Translations under genes and position numbers: made by a program
From: Clostridiales bacterium
GTDB taxonomy: Bacteria > Bacillota > Clostridia > Christensenellales > UBA1242
Assembly: GCA_015055605.1 (NCBI GenBank)
Contig: SVHV01000002.1
Location: 24,049-88,048 of the forward strand
Reading direction: 5' to 3'
Length of the DNA: 64,000 nucleotides
Notes under the pieces: generated by a model
Told to the model about the DNA's origin: nothing
What the model saw: the letters and a program-made list of their open reading frames with translations, nothing else
Databases searched by the model: none
Shown here: one piece after another, positions 20,238 through 29,206 of the stretch
Layout of the letters: every line of letters starts with the position of its first letter
Position numbering within the stretch: position 1 is the stretch's first letter

Positions 20238-21086
20238 ATGTCAGTAAAAATTCTAATCGACTCAGGCTCAGACATTACAATCAAACAAGCCGAAGAAATG
20301 GGCATTGTATCACTACCAATCGAAGTAAATTTTAGTGGCGATACATATATGGACGGAGACAACATCATAGCAGAAGAATTTTATAACAAACTAGCCGAAG
20401 CAAAAGAACTACCAAAAACCACACAAATCAATAGTTATAGATTTGAAGAAGAGTTTAAAAAATACACAGAGAATGGTGATGAAGTTATTTACTTAAGTCT
20501 GTCTTCTAAAATTTCTGGAACATACAATAATGCTAGACTCACAGCTGAGCAGTTTGATGGCAAAGTACATGTTGTAGACACAATGACTGCTACATCTGGA
20601 ATGAGAGTCCTTGCTGAATATGCACTAAACCTCATACAAGAAGGTAAAACTGCAAAAGAAATCGCAGAAGCCCTTGAAGCAAAAAAAGATAAAGTTAGAG
20701 TATTTGCTATGATAGACACTCTAAAGTATCTAAAGATGGGTGGAAGAATTTCAGGTGCAGCAGCAGTTATCGGTAATATGATGAGCATCAAACCAGTCAT
20801 CGGAGTTCTAGACGGAGAAGTAAAAGTAGTAGGAAAGAGTGTAGGAGCAAAAAAAGCATTCGTCCTAATCGAGCAATTAATCAAAGACCATGGGGATATA
20901 GATTTAAGCCTACCACACTGCTATGTGTTCTCAGGAACAGACTTAAAAAATTATAATAGTTTCTTAAATACTGCAAGTAATTTCTATGGAGACAACGCAT
21001 CAGAAATTAAAGGATATTCCTTAGGAGCAACTATAGGCTCACATATCGGACCAGGAGCTGTAGGCGTTGCTTACTTTGCAAAATAA
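20238..21086 (+). CDS. DegV-family fatty-acid-binding protein
   Basis: MSVKILIDSGSDI, TTQINS and GSHIGPGAVGVAY are typical of DegV. Confidence 0.9.
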   Translation: MSVKILIDSGSDITIKQAEEMGIVSLPIEVNFSGDTYMDGDNIIAEEFYNKLAEAKELPKTTQINSYRFEEEFKKYTENGDEVIYLSLSSKISGTYNNARLTAEQFDGKVHVVDTMTATSGMRVLAEYALNLIQEGKTAKEIAEALEAKKDKVRVFAMIDTLKYLKMGGRISGAAAVIGNMMSIKPVIGVLDGEVKVVGKSVGAKKAFVLIEQLIKDHGDIDLSLPHCYVFSGTDLKNYNSFLNTASNFYGDNASEIKGYSLGATIGSHIGPGAVGVAYFAK

Positions 21087-21500
21087 AACAAATATTTACA
21101 CAAACAAAAAAACACTCTCTTAGATAAATAAGAGGGTATTTTTTATACCATAAAACACATCTGAAAAAATATATTATATATAATCATTTATATAAATTTT
21201 AAAAAACAAAAATACACTCATTTAAATTTTAAATACAACAATAGCCATATTCACTACGGCTTATTTTTTATACTTTATCTATCTTGCCTCTCCATTTTTA
21301 ATTTTGAGTTATTGCCAACATATAACTATATATTGTCAGCAAATATAACACTATATTACAATAACCCACACTAAACACAAAAAAACACTAACTACAAAAC
21401 CAGTTCATTATTTACTCATCTAAAACCCCAAAAAAACAACATACAATAAACCACAAACAAAACAAAAAACCTAGAGTAATTATACTCTAGGCTATATTTT

Positions 21501-22352
21501 TTATAACGATAATAGCACTGCACCGAAGACTACAATTATAGCGTAAACAATCTTCTTTACAACATTCTTTTCTTTGTAGAATAATACACCAGCAAACACA
21601 GGAACTAACGCTCTCATCTTAGACAACATTGAGATTGTTATCATCTGACTACCAGGAACTCTATATGCAGTAAATAATAAGAAATCTGCTGCTACTAATG
21701 TAATACCTAATAGATACACCCATACATTTTTTACATCTTGTTTTGTGATAGAAAATTCTTTTTTCTTAGCACACTCTATTCCAAAGATTACCCATGAGAA
21801 GAATGCCGTAAACACAACAAACCAAAACTGTACTTGATGAGGAGTCATATATGTTGTAGTATACTTATCTATTACCGAACATGTAGCAGATACTAGAGCA
21901 GTAAATATTAACAGGCATAATTGCAAAGCATTGACACTGCCTTTTTCTTTCTTATTAGAAAGATTGAGCATAGCAATACCACCTACAACGATTATCGATC
22001 CAATAATCTTAGTCCAACCAGCAGTTTCTTTAAATATCACTATTGCAAAAACAAAAGAAAGTACTGCAGACAAAATATTAGTAGTCGTAACTATCGAGAG
22101 GTCAACTTTTTGCAACACCCTTAAAGTAACATACCAACTCACAGCAAGTATCAACCCCTTGAATGCAAATATTAAAACATACTCCCATGACACAGCCACA
22201 CCGAATGGTAAATGTAGTAACATCAGCAACGCAGCAACCGTAGTATACAGAACCAATACTGACGATTCGCTACTTTTCTTTAGTGCAACTTTTTGGAGGG
22301 AACTATGCGTTCCGAATAATAAAATATAAAACGATATATATAAAATTTCCAT
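21501..22352 (-). CDS. EamA/DMT-superfamily transporter
   Basis: About 10 TM helices in two EamA-like halves, 283 aa. Confidence 0.75.
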   Translation of the reverse strand: MEILYISFYILLFGTHSSLQKVALKKSSESSVLVLYTTVAALLMLLHLPFGVAVSWEYVLIFAFKGLILAVSWYVTLRVLQKVDLSIVTTTNILSAVLSFVFAIVIFKETAGWTKIIGSIIVVGGIAMLNLSNKKEKGSVNALQLCLLIFTALVSATCSVIDKYTTTYMTPHQVQFWFVVFTAFFSWVIFGIECAKKKEFSITKQDVKNVWVYLLGITLVAADFLLFTAYRVPGSQMITISMLSKMRALVPVFAGVLFYKEKNVVKKIVYAIIVVFGAVLLSL

Positions 22353-22505
22353 AATATTAATTATAACAAAACCACAGCATATTGTGAAACATAATACTAT
22401 ACTAGATGAAAAATATCTATTCCCCTCTATAGTAGGCTATTTTTATTGACCAAAAAAATCAAAAAAAGTATAATCTAAAAAAATAAATAAAAAAGGATTA
22501 CAATT

Positions 22506-22742
22506 ATGCCTAAAGCAAAAGTAAATCATATACTATCAAGAGAACAAAAAAATTCTATCGGTTGTAAACTTTTAATCGCAGCAGGCTCAATAGTTGGTGC
22601 TGCAGCAACACTAGTTGCACTTCCTGCAACAGCAGCCCCTATCGCAATAGCAGCCGCAGTTGCCATGAGTGCAGGAAATCTTGCAGAAGCTGCTAACGAA
22701 GCTTACGAAGCTAGAAGAATTGCTCAAGGTATGGAGAGATAA
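22506..22742 (+). CDS. Small Ala-rich membrane protein, hypothetical
   Basis: 78 aa, with an AAGGA RBS and a hydrophobic Ala-rich core. Its stop lies 3 nt before the next gene. Confidence 0.5.
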   Translation: MPKAKVNHILSREQKNSIGCKLLIAAGSIVGAAATLVALPATAAPIAIAAAVAMSAGNLAEAANEAYEARRIAQGMER

Positions 22743-22745
22743 ACA

Positions 22746-23009
22746 ATGGAAAGAGTTTTAGCAAAAAATGATATTATTGCACTTGACAATGAGAGAAGCT
22801 ATCTAGTAATACACACACTAGAATTAGACGGCATACATTATGTAATGCTAACAGATATTAAGAGCCAAGAAGAGGGCAACATAAAGATACTTATTGCAAG
22901 AGAAACATTAGAGGACGAGGACTTTGCTCTTGATCTCCTTACTAACGAAGAGGAAATCGAACCAATCTTAAAAATAATGCAAGAGCAACTAAAAGCAGAC
23001 AACGAATAA
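22746..23009 (+). CDS. DUF1292-like small acidic protein
   Basis: The pattern ...YLVIHTLELDGIHYVMLTD...ILIARE..ED....L..EEE matches my recollection of DUF1292. Confidence 0.55.
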   Translation: MERVLAKNDIIALDNERSYLVIHTLELDGIHYVMLTDIKSQEEGNIKILIARETLEDEDFALDLLTNEEEIEPILKIMQEQLKADNE

Positions 23010-23055
23010 TAAAAAACACTTTACTTTTAAAATGTAAAGTGTTTTCTTTTTTATT

Positions 23056-23661
23056 TTACTTAATTACCTTCTTGTGCCAAGATTTTTGATGACAATGTGG
23101 ACACTTTAAACGCCTAGCCCTACTGATATGAGTAGCAAAGAACACCTGTTTATATGTTGGCACATATTTGTAACCGCACTTTCCACACTCATAAAAACCA
23201 GCCACCTGTTCAATCCTAAGAGCAAAAACTCCAGCAATTACGGTTACAACCACACCAAATCCAATTATTACAGACTGTGTCCATTCCGGCATCTGCACTA
23301 CAGAAACAATAACAGTTAGAGCCAACAAATACACTATCGCAACTACACTCAACACAACCTCAGTTGCAAGTAAACGCTTGTCGCCATCTTCTTTGGCCTT
23401 CCTTAGAGATATTAGGTTTTCTTCTGCTTTATTTACATATTCTTCAGCAGTAACCCTCTCGCCATTAAGAAGTTCATTTACACTAAAGTCTAAAACCTCA
23501 CATAGTTTTGGCAAACTATCAGTATCAGGAACACCTTTACCATTTTCCCATTTAGATACCGTTTTCTCACTAACAAAGATTTTCTCAGCTAGTTTAGCCT
23601 GTGTGAGTTTTTTAGCCTTTCTTTCTTCTGCTATGAAATTTCCTATTTTATTATAATCCAC
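23056..23661 (-). CDS. XRE-family HTH regulator with TM segments and a C-terminal zinc ribbon
   Basis: HTH_3 motif (LTQAKLAEKIFVSEKTVSKWENGKGVPD), two TM helices, and CGKCG...CPHCH. Confidence 0.8.
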   Translation of the reverse strand: MDYNKIGNFIAEERKAKKLTQAKLAEKIFVSEKTVSKWENGKGVPDTDSLPKLCEVLDFSVNELLNGERVTAEEYVNKAEENLISLRKAKEDGDKRLLATEVVLSVVAIVYLLALTVIVSVVQMPEWTQSVIIGFGVVVTVIAGVFALRIEQVAGFYECGKCGYKYVPTYKQVFFATHISRARRLKCPHCHQKSWHKKVIK

Positions 23662-23788
23662 TTAAACACCCCATACTGTATTACACATATATTATATCAC
23701 ATTGTTGCCGTCTATTATTTTTTATAATGATAAAAAAGTCTACATTTTTTCGGTTAGTACACAAACAACAAATAATAGTCTTGATATA

Positions 23789-24583
23789 TTACATATTACC
23801 TATTTGCCTATCACTAGTTGCCTCTTCAAACCTAGCAACTACATCTAGCATATCTGGGGGCAATTTTGCAATAGCTTTTTTCTTCAATTCTTCTGGCACA
23901 CCATACATAGCCTCAGCCATACTACCAACAATACAAGCATTAGTATCGGTATCACCACCGAAAGATATGGCAGTTCTAATACTGTCCTCAAAAGATTCTG
24001 AGTTAAATAGTGAATAAAGACATACATCTACAGTATCGCCACAGGTATAGTTAAATTTAGATATCTTTGGCTCTTTAATACTTAAGCCCAAGTCTGCAAT
24101 AATATCTTCTTTTGACATACCTTGCCTAGCCAAAAAAATAATCTTAGCAACCATCTGAGCAGAAGATATAGCCTCATCAGTATTATGAGACGGAATAGTA
24201 CACATTCTAGCATTATTCTCCACCTCTTCTATAGTATCAAATAGATACCCAACCGGAGATACCCTCATCATTGCACCATTACCCACACTAGTCCCGATAT
24301 ATTTATCTTTTGCCCACTTAAGAAAATTAGGCGAAAAAGATGTTTGAAAATACGGCTCATGCTTTGGCTTGTAGTCAGAATATCTATTAGCCCACTCCCT
24401 TAGACACTCGCCATAGTCTCTTTTACTAAGAATTGCATCTGCCACAGCCATAGTAAGGATAGTATCATCACTATAGAAACCATCTTCCTCTATAACATTC
24501 CCCACAGACACAGGAGTTACCCTTTTAATCTGGGAATATTCATATATAGAACCTGCAATATCACCTATAATCGCTCCTAACAT
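23789..24583 (-). CDS. ADP-ribosylglycohydrolase-family protein
   Basis: The N-terminal MLGAIIGDIAGSIYEY, SDDT and GGDTDTNACIVG motifs are typical of the ARH/DraG family. Confidence 0.85.
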   Translation of the reverse strand: MLGAIIGDIAGSIYEYSQIKRVTPVSVGNVIEEDGFYSDDTILTMAVADAILSKRDYGECLREWANRYSDYKPKHEPYFQTSFSPNFLKWAKDKYIGTSVGNGAMMRVSPVGYLFDTIEEVENNARMCTIPSHNTDEAISSAQMVAKIIFLARQGMSKEDIIADLGLSIKEPKISKFNYTCGDTVDVCLYSLFNSESFEDSIRTAISFGGDTDTNACIVGSMAEAMYGVPEELKKKAIAKLPPDMLDVVARFEEATSDRQIGNM

Positions 24584-24661
24584 AATCTTTTACCTCACTT
24601 ACAATCATAATATCACAAAACACCTTATTCGTACAAGACATATACAAAAAAAGGGCTAATA

Positions 24662-25177
24662 TTAATCAAATAGCCCTCTTTTTCCCCTCATATCAAATAC
24701 TGCAGGAATAAAACTCTCTACATAAGGAATTAGTTTATTTTCCTGTCTAAGTTTTACAATGTCATCTTTGGTTGCCCATTTTACCTCAGCAACCTCTTCT
24801 TCTTGAATCACAATCTTATCAATATCTATATCTTTCTCAATAAAATAATAATCATCAAAACCATTCTCAAAATTAATAGTTAGGTGTGGTCTATGCTGAG
24901 AAAAATCATAATCAATACCCAACTCTTCTAGCAATTCTCTATGAGCAGTTTCTTTGCTAGTCTCTCCAGACATGGAATTACCCCCACATGAAAAGTCCCA
25001 TAGCCCTGGATACACTTTCTTATCATCAACCCTTCTCTGAATAAGCATCTCATTCTTTGAATTAAAAACTAGAATATGAACAACTAGCCTATTCTCACCT
25101 TTAGGACACTTCTCACCTCTATTGTAACTATTGCCAGTCCTAATTCTCTCATCATCAAAAGTATCAAATCTCTCCAT
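24662..25177 (-). CDS. NUDIX hydrolase
   Basis: Nudix box GGNSMSGETSKETAHRELLEELGI. Confidence 0.85.
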   Translation of the reverse strand: MERFDTFDDERIRTGNSYNRGEKCPKGENRLVVHILVFNSKNEMLIQRRVDDKKVYPGLWDFSCGGNSMSGETSKETAHRELLEELGIDYDFSQHRPHLTINFENGFDDYYFIEKDIDIDKIVIQEEEVAEVKWATKDDIVKLRQENKLIPYVESFIPAVFDMRGKRGLFD

Positions 25178-25365
25178 TGTAAAACTCCTAAATTTTTATT
25201 TTATTACATAAGCCTTAAAAAATTTAGCACATCACAATCTCATTGTAGTAGATTTGAAAATTTAGGTCAAACAAAAGCACTTAGTACAAAAACTTTAGCC
25301 GTATATATTCCTATCTTTATTTTTTTATTTATGATATACTTATACAGTAAAAACGAGGTGAGAAT

Positions 25366-25833
25366 ATGAGTGATGACTTTTGGAACAAATTAGAAAGAGA
25401 CAGAGAAGACATGGAGTTTATGGAAAACAATCCATCACACAATAATTACAAAAGAAAGAAAACACGAAACGAAAAACTAGCCGACTACGAGAAATCTTTT
25501 GGCGAGATAGATAGCACCTTAACAGGCAAAAGATTACTAATCGTAAATAATTTAGCTATTATATTTGGAATAGCATTTTTTGTTTTAACTCTTTTTAACA
25601 GCATTCAAGAGAATAAGCCCCTCTTAATGATCTTTACAATTTTAGCAACCAGTTTAATTTTTATTACCGTACCAATATTAATAGTTATTAGAATGCACCT
25701 TAATACAAAACTTTTAAAAGCACAAGAAAAACAAGAAAAAGAAACTTCTATCCCAACCAAAATAACAACAAAAATAACCACTCAAGAAACAAAGAATCAA
25801 TCAGATAAAGAAACAAAAAACAGCACTAAATAA
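25366..25833 (+). CDS. Membrane protein, hypothetical
   Basis: 155 aa with two TM helices and a GAGGTGAG RBS. Confidence 0.55.
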   Translation: MSDDFWNKLERDREDMEFMENNPSHNNYKRKKTRNEKLADYEKSFGEIDSTLTGKRLLIVNNLAIIFGIAFFVLTLFNSIQENKPLLMIFTILATSLIFITVPILIVIRMHLNTKLLKAQEKQEKETSIPTKITTKITTQETKNQSDKETKNSTK

Positions 25834-26006
25834 TTAGTGTTGTTTTTTTATTAGATACCCCATAATTTCTAACAACACTATCACAAAACACCATAACACA
25901 AACATATACAAGATTATCTGATCTACCAAACCACTAAAAGCATAAACAATAAACATCAAATAAAAAGCAAATTTTTCATATTTTACAATCTTTAAACAAA
26001 ATTAAT

Positions 26007-26034
26007 TTGACTAAATTATTTTGACTAGTATAAT
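26007..26034 (+). promoter_or_regulatory. Near-consensus sigma-70 promoter upstream of the M49-like gene
   Basis: TTGACT (26007-26012), a 16-nt spacer, then TATAAT (26029-26034). This implies a 5' leader of more than 160 nt. Confidence 0.5.
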
Positions 26035-26285
26035 ATATCGTGTATAGCAAGTAAAAACACCTAATTTTCGGCTATATAAAAGTAAAAAATTGCTAAGACA
26101 ATACAACTAAAACTTGTTTATAATTAGGCAAACAAACTCAACATAAACAAATATGTAAATTTTTATAAGTGGAGTTTTTGACAATAAGGTTTATATTTAT
26201 GTCAAACACACGCCTAAAACAAACAAAAAGTATCATTTTACAACAAATAAAAAATTACCGTGTAGAAAAATTTAAAAGGAAAAAT

Positions 26286-28004
26286 ATGGAGTTTCAATTA
26301 AACCTTAGTTTAACAGAACTAAGAAAAAGAACCAATAGAGAACACTTAAGAACCATTCCATTCCTATCTACAACAGATAGTGTTTTTTCTGCACTAAACG
26401 ATAACGACAAAAAAATACTTGCATTACTTGATAGAGCAGGTAGAGTCTTTGATACCATATCTCTCAAACAAGACAATAAGTACAATATAGACTTCCTGAA
26501 ATTTTTAAATAGCGAAATCAAGAAAGGCAATGAAAAAGCAGAGCTTACAAAAATACTCTTTGATGCGCAAAAAGGAATCTTCTCCCCCGACTACGAAGGT
26601 CAAGAAGTAAGGCTTGCAAAAAACATAATCAAACCACTAGGCTTAAACTTTTATCCTGAAACACTAGACACTGAAACATTCCATATTATGCTAGGTCAAA
26701 TGTTAGACAATGGAGAAGTAGAAGCAGTACAAAATATCCTATCACAAAGAACAATGGTTCGTATCAAGAATGATAAACTTATAGGTATTGACTATGTAGA
26801 TTATTTCAAAAAGGAATTTACACAAGTAGCAGATTATCTACTACAAGCATCTAAACTCTGCGATAGATCTGAAAAACAGTTTGCTAAATTTCTCAAACTT
26901 CAAGCAAAAGCATTACTCAAAGCAAACCCAAAACTAGATGCAAAAGCAGATATACTATGGGCAAAAATAGTAAACTCAAAGTTTGAATTTACTATTACTA
27001 GAGAGTGCTATGATGATAAGATGTCTACAACAATCTTAGAGAACGCCCCACTGCTAAAGAGACTTCAGGAGCATAATATAACCATACATAGCAAAGACTC
27101 TCTAGGCGCTAGAGTTGGCCTTGTAAATATCGAGGGAACAAAGACTCTACACGAATTACAAGGACTAAAGTCTATCGCAGAAGAATTTATGCCATACAAA
27201 GAGCATTACTCTAATGAAAAAAAGAAACCGTCCAGAAAGCAAACTGCACTAGATGTAGACATAGTTAATTTGTACGGTAGCGAAGGAGAATTTAGAGCAG
27301 GAATCGTACTCGCTCAAAACCTACCAAACAACGACAAGCTCGCACTCAAAATGGGTGGTGGTAGAAAAAATATTTATCATAGACAAGTCAGACTCTCAAA
27401 AAGCAGTAGGATAGCAAAAAAACTACTAGATAACGAAATGCTAAAATACTACAACCTTGACTCTCGTCATTTGGGTACAATATGCCACGAAAACACACAT
27501 AGCTTAGGACCAAACCCAAAGACTCTAGGCAAATATTCATCTATCATCGAAGAGTTTAAGGCAGATATGGGAATGTTTGCTTTCTTAAAGGAATTTATAG
27601 AGGCAGGAGTCTTTACCGAAACACAAGCCAAAGAAATTATTGTTTCTGACCTAACAGATTCTTTCCTTAGAGCAAAGCCAAAACTATCTCAGGCTCACAA
27701 AGTTAGAACTGTAATGATTCTAAATAGATTCTTAAGGGAAAAGGCTCTCAAACTCAACTCTGAGCAGAAACTAGAAATCAACTTTGACTTAATAATCTCA
27801 ACATCTAAAAAAATGATGGCAGAGATAATCGCCCTACAACTAAAAGGCTCTATAGAAGAAACTAGACAATACATAAAGAAATACTTTGTATGGACTAGCA
27901 CGATGGAAAAAATAGCCACTATACAAAAGACTCTTACTAGATACCTAAATGGCAAAACAAGTGCCCCTCTTTCAGACAAACTAAATAGAATGAGAATAAA
28001 ATAA
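26286..28004 (+). CDS. Zinc metallopeptidase related to dipeptidyl-peptidase III (M49-like)
   Basis: CHENTHSLGP (HExxH) is followed about 20 aa later by EEFKADMG, which compares with M49 HExxGH ... EExxAE/D. The start is uncertain: ATG 26286 has an AAAGGA RBS, and 26199 or the GTG at 26169 are alternatives. Confidence 0.6.
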   Translation: MEFQLNLSLTELRKRTNREHLRTIPFLSTTDSVFSALNDNDKKILALLDRAGRVFDTISLKQDNKYNIDFLKFLNSEIKKGNEKAELTKILFDAQKGIFSPDYEGQEVRLAKNIIKPLGLNFYPETLDTETFHIMLGQMLDNGEVEAVQNILSQRTMVRIKNDKLIGIDYVDYFKKEFTQVADYLLQASKLCDRSEKQFAKFLKLQAKALLKANPKLDAKADILWAKIVNSKFEFTITRECYDDKMSTTILENAPLLKRLQEHNITIHSKDSLGARVGLVNIEGTKTLHELQGLKSIAEEFMPYKEHYSNEKKKPSRKQTALDVDIVNLYGSEGEFRAGIVLAQNLPNNDKLALKMGGGRKNIYHRQVRLSKSSRIAKKLLDNEMLKYYNLDSRHLGTICHENTHSLGPNPKTLGKYSSIIEEFKADMGMFAFLKEFIEAGVFTETQAKEIIVSDLTDSFLRAKPKLSQAHKVRTVMILNRFLREKALKLNSEQKLEINFDLIISTSKKMMAEIIALQLKGSIEETRQYIKKYFVWTSTMEKIATIQKTLTRYLNGKTSAPLSDKLNRMRIK

Positions 28005-28042
28005 AAATAAGAACTAAAGTTTCGTATCTTTGAAACTAGCAA

Positions 28043-28076
28043 AAACCACAGATAATTTTTATCTGTGGTTTTTTAT
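28043..28076 (+). terminator. Rho-independent terminator
   Basis: AACCACAGAT-AATTTTT-ATCTGTGGTT followed by TTTTAT. Confidence 0.65.
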
Positions 28077-28134
28077 TTATCATTAACATCTTGTGCTAAA
28101 AGCAAAATATCATTTGCATATTGTTTTTTTTCGC

Positions 28135-28212
28135 TTATGTCAGATTATTGTAAAAATAAAAGGTTAAATATTCCAATGCCATTTTTTCAGCATAAATTTT
28201 ATCTGTGTTCAT
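28135..28212 (-). CDS. 25-codon ORF with a strong RBS, possibly the remnant of a longer gene
   Basis: AAGGAGAT, 6 nt, then ATG, giving MNTDKIYAEKMALEYLTFYFYNNLT*. After an A8 run, a further 21 codons are open in the +1 frame. Confidence 0.25.
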   Translation of the reverse strand: MNTDKIYAEKMALEYLTFYFYNNLT

Positions 28213-28305
28213 ATTTAATCTCCTTGTTTTAATTATACAACAAAGAAAAGAAAAAACACTCAACATAAAAACAAAAAAAGTGTCTATTTCAGACACTTAA
28301 TTTGT

Positions 28306-29196
28306 TTAATTTTTATATTCTTTAAGTTGTTTATTTCCTTTAACAATCATTATAACTGCCATAGTTATAGCAAAACCAATAACAGCTGCTCCAGTAAGAG
28401 ATAGCATCAATTGACTAAATAGTGGACTTTCATTTGTTCCAAAAGTTGTTAGCATTGTTGCTTCCAGAGTTAACATAGACACTGCACCTGCTATTAACGA
28501 TATGGTTTTAGCACTAGAATATACAGCACTTTTATATTTTCTATATTTTACAAGATTGATAATAGCAAAAGTGAAAGTAAAGAAAGTATAAGCTGCAAGT
28601 GCAATAGTTGTTATCATGTGATGATAGAAGGTTCTGTTCCAATAAACCATAAAGAACACAATAACTGCAAGTGCTAAATTCATAGCAATTAGTAAATAAC
28701 CACATAAAATAGATTTCTTTACTTCAACTGTTGTTTCTTCATTTGCTTTGTATTTTCTTGTATGTTTAACCAAGAAAAATCTCATAACTCCAAGCATTAC
28801 ATAATAAGCAAACATTGAGTAAAACCAAAAAGATTTGTGATAAAAACCAAGTCCTAATTGAAATATAGCAAATGCAACATTCCAAATAAGAGAACCATAT
28901 AGCGACACATTCATTCGCAAGTGAACATCAGAAAACCACTTTTGCATATACTTATTTTCTTGTTTAAAAGTTTTAAAAAAGGTAATCATTTTTGGCACTC
29001 TAAAACAAATAACAAGTAAAACATAAAATGCCAAAAGATATGAAAGTATAGCAAGTATTGATTCTGTGCCTAAATATATTAGTGAAAGCACTAAAAAAGC
29101 AATGGAAATCGGCAGTAAACAAATGATTACTGCAATATGTGGATATAATAAATTTAATCCTATTTTCTTCCAATCAATTTTCTTTTTTTCTTCCAT
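28306..29196 (-). CDS. Polytopic membrane protein, function unknown
   Basis: About 8 TM helices. The start is taken at MEEKKKIDWKK (ATG 29196, GGAGAA RBS), 11 nt after the cls stop. Confidence 0.7.
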   Translation of the reverse strand: MEEKKKIDWKKIGLNLLYPHIAVIICLLPISIAFLVLSLIYLGTESILAILSYLLAFYVLLVICFRVPKMITFFKTFKQENKYMQKWFSDVHLRMNVSLYGSLIWNVAFAIFQLGLGFYHKSFWFYSMFAYYVMLGVMRFFLVKHTRKYKANEETTVEVKKSILCGYLLIAMNLALAVIVFFMVYWNRTFYHHMITTIALAAYTFFTFTFAIINLVKYRKYKSAVYSSAKTISLIAGAVSMLTLEATMLTTFGTNESPLFSQLMLSLTGAAVIGFAITMAVIMIVKGNKQLKEYKN

Positions 29197-29206
29197 ATTT
29201 TCTCCA

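Noticed and set aside
21087-21500. 414-bp gene-free AT-rich gap between degV and the EamA gene
   Set aside because: I looked on both strands for small ORFs, repeats or structured RNA. I found only terminator hairpins (about 21105-21135 and about 21468-21494) and low-complexity A/C-rich sequence, so there is nothing I can support.
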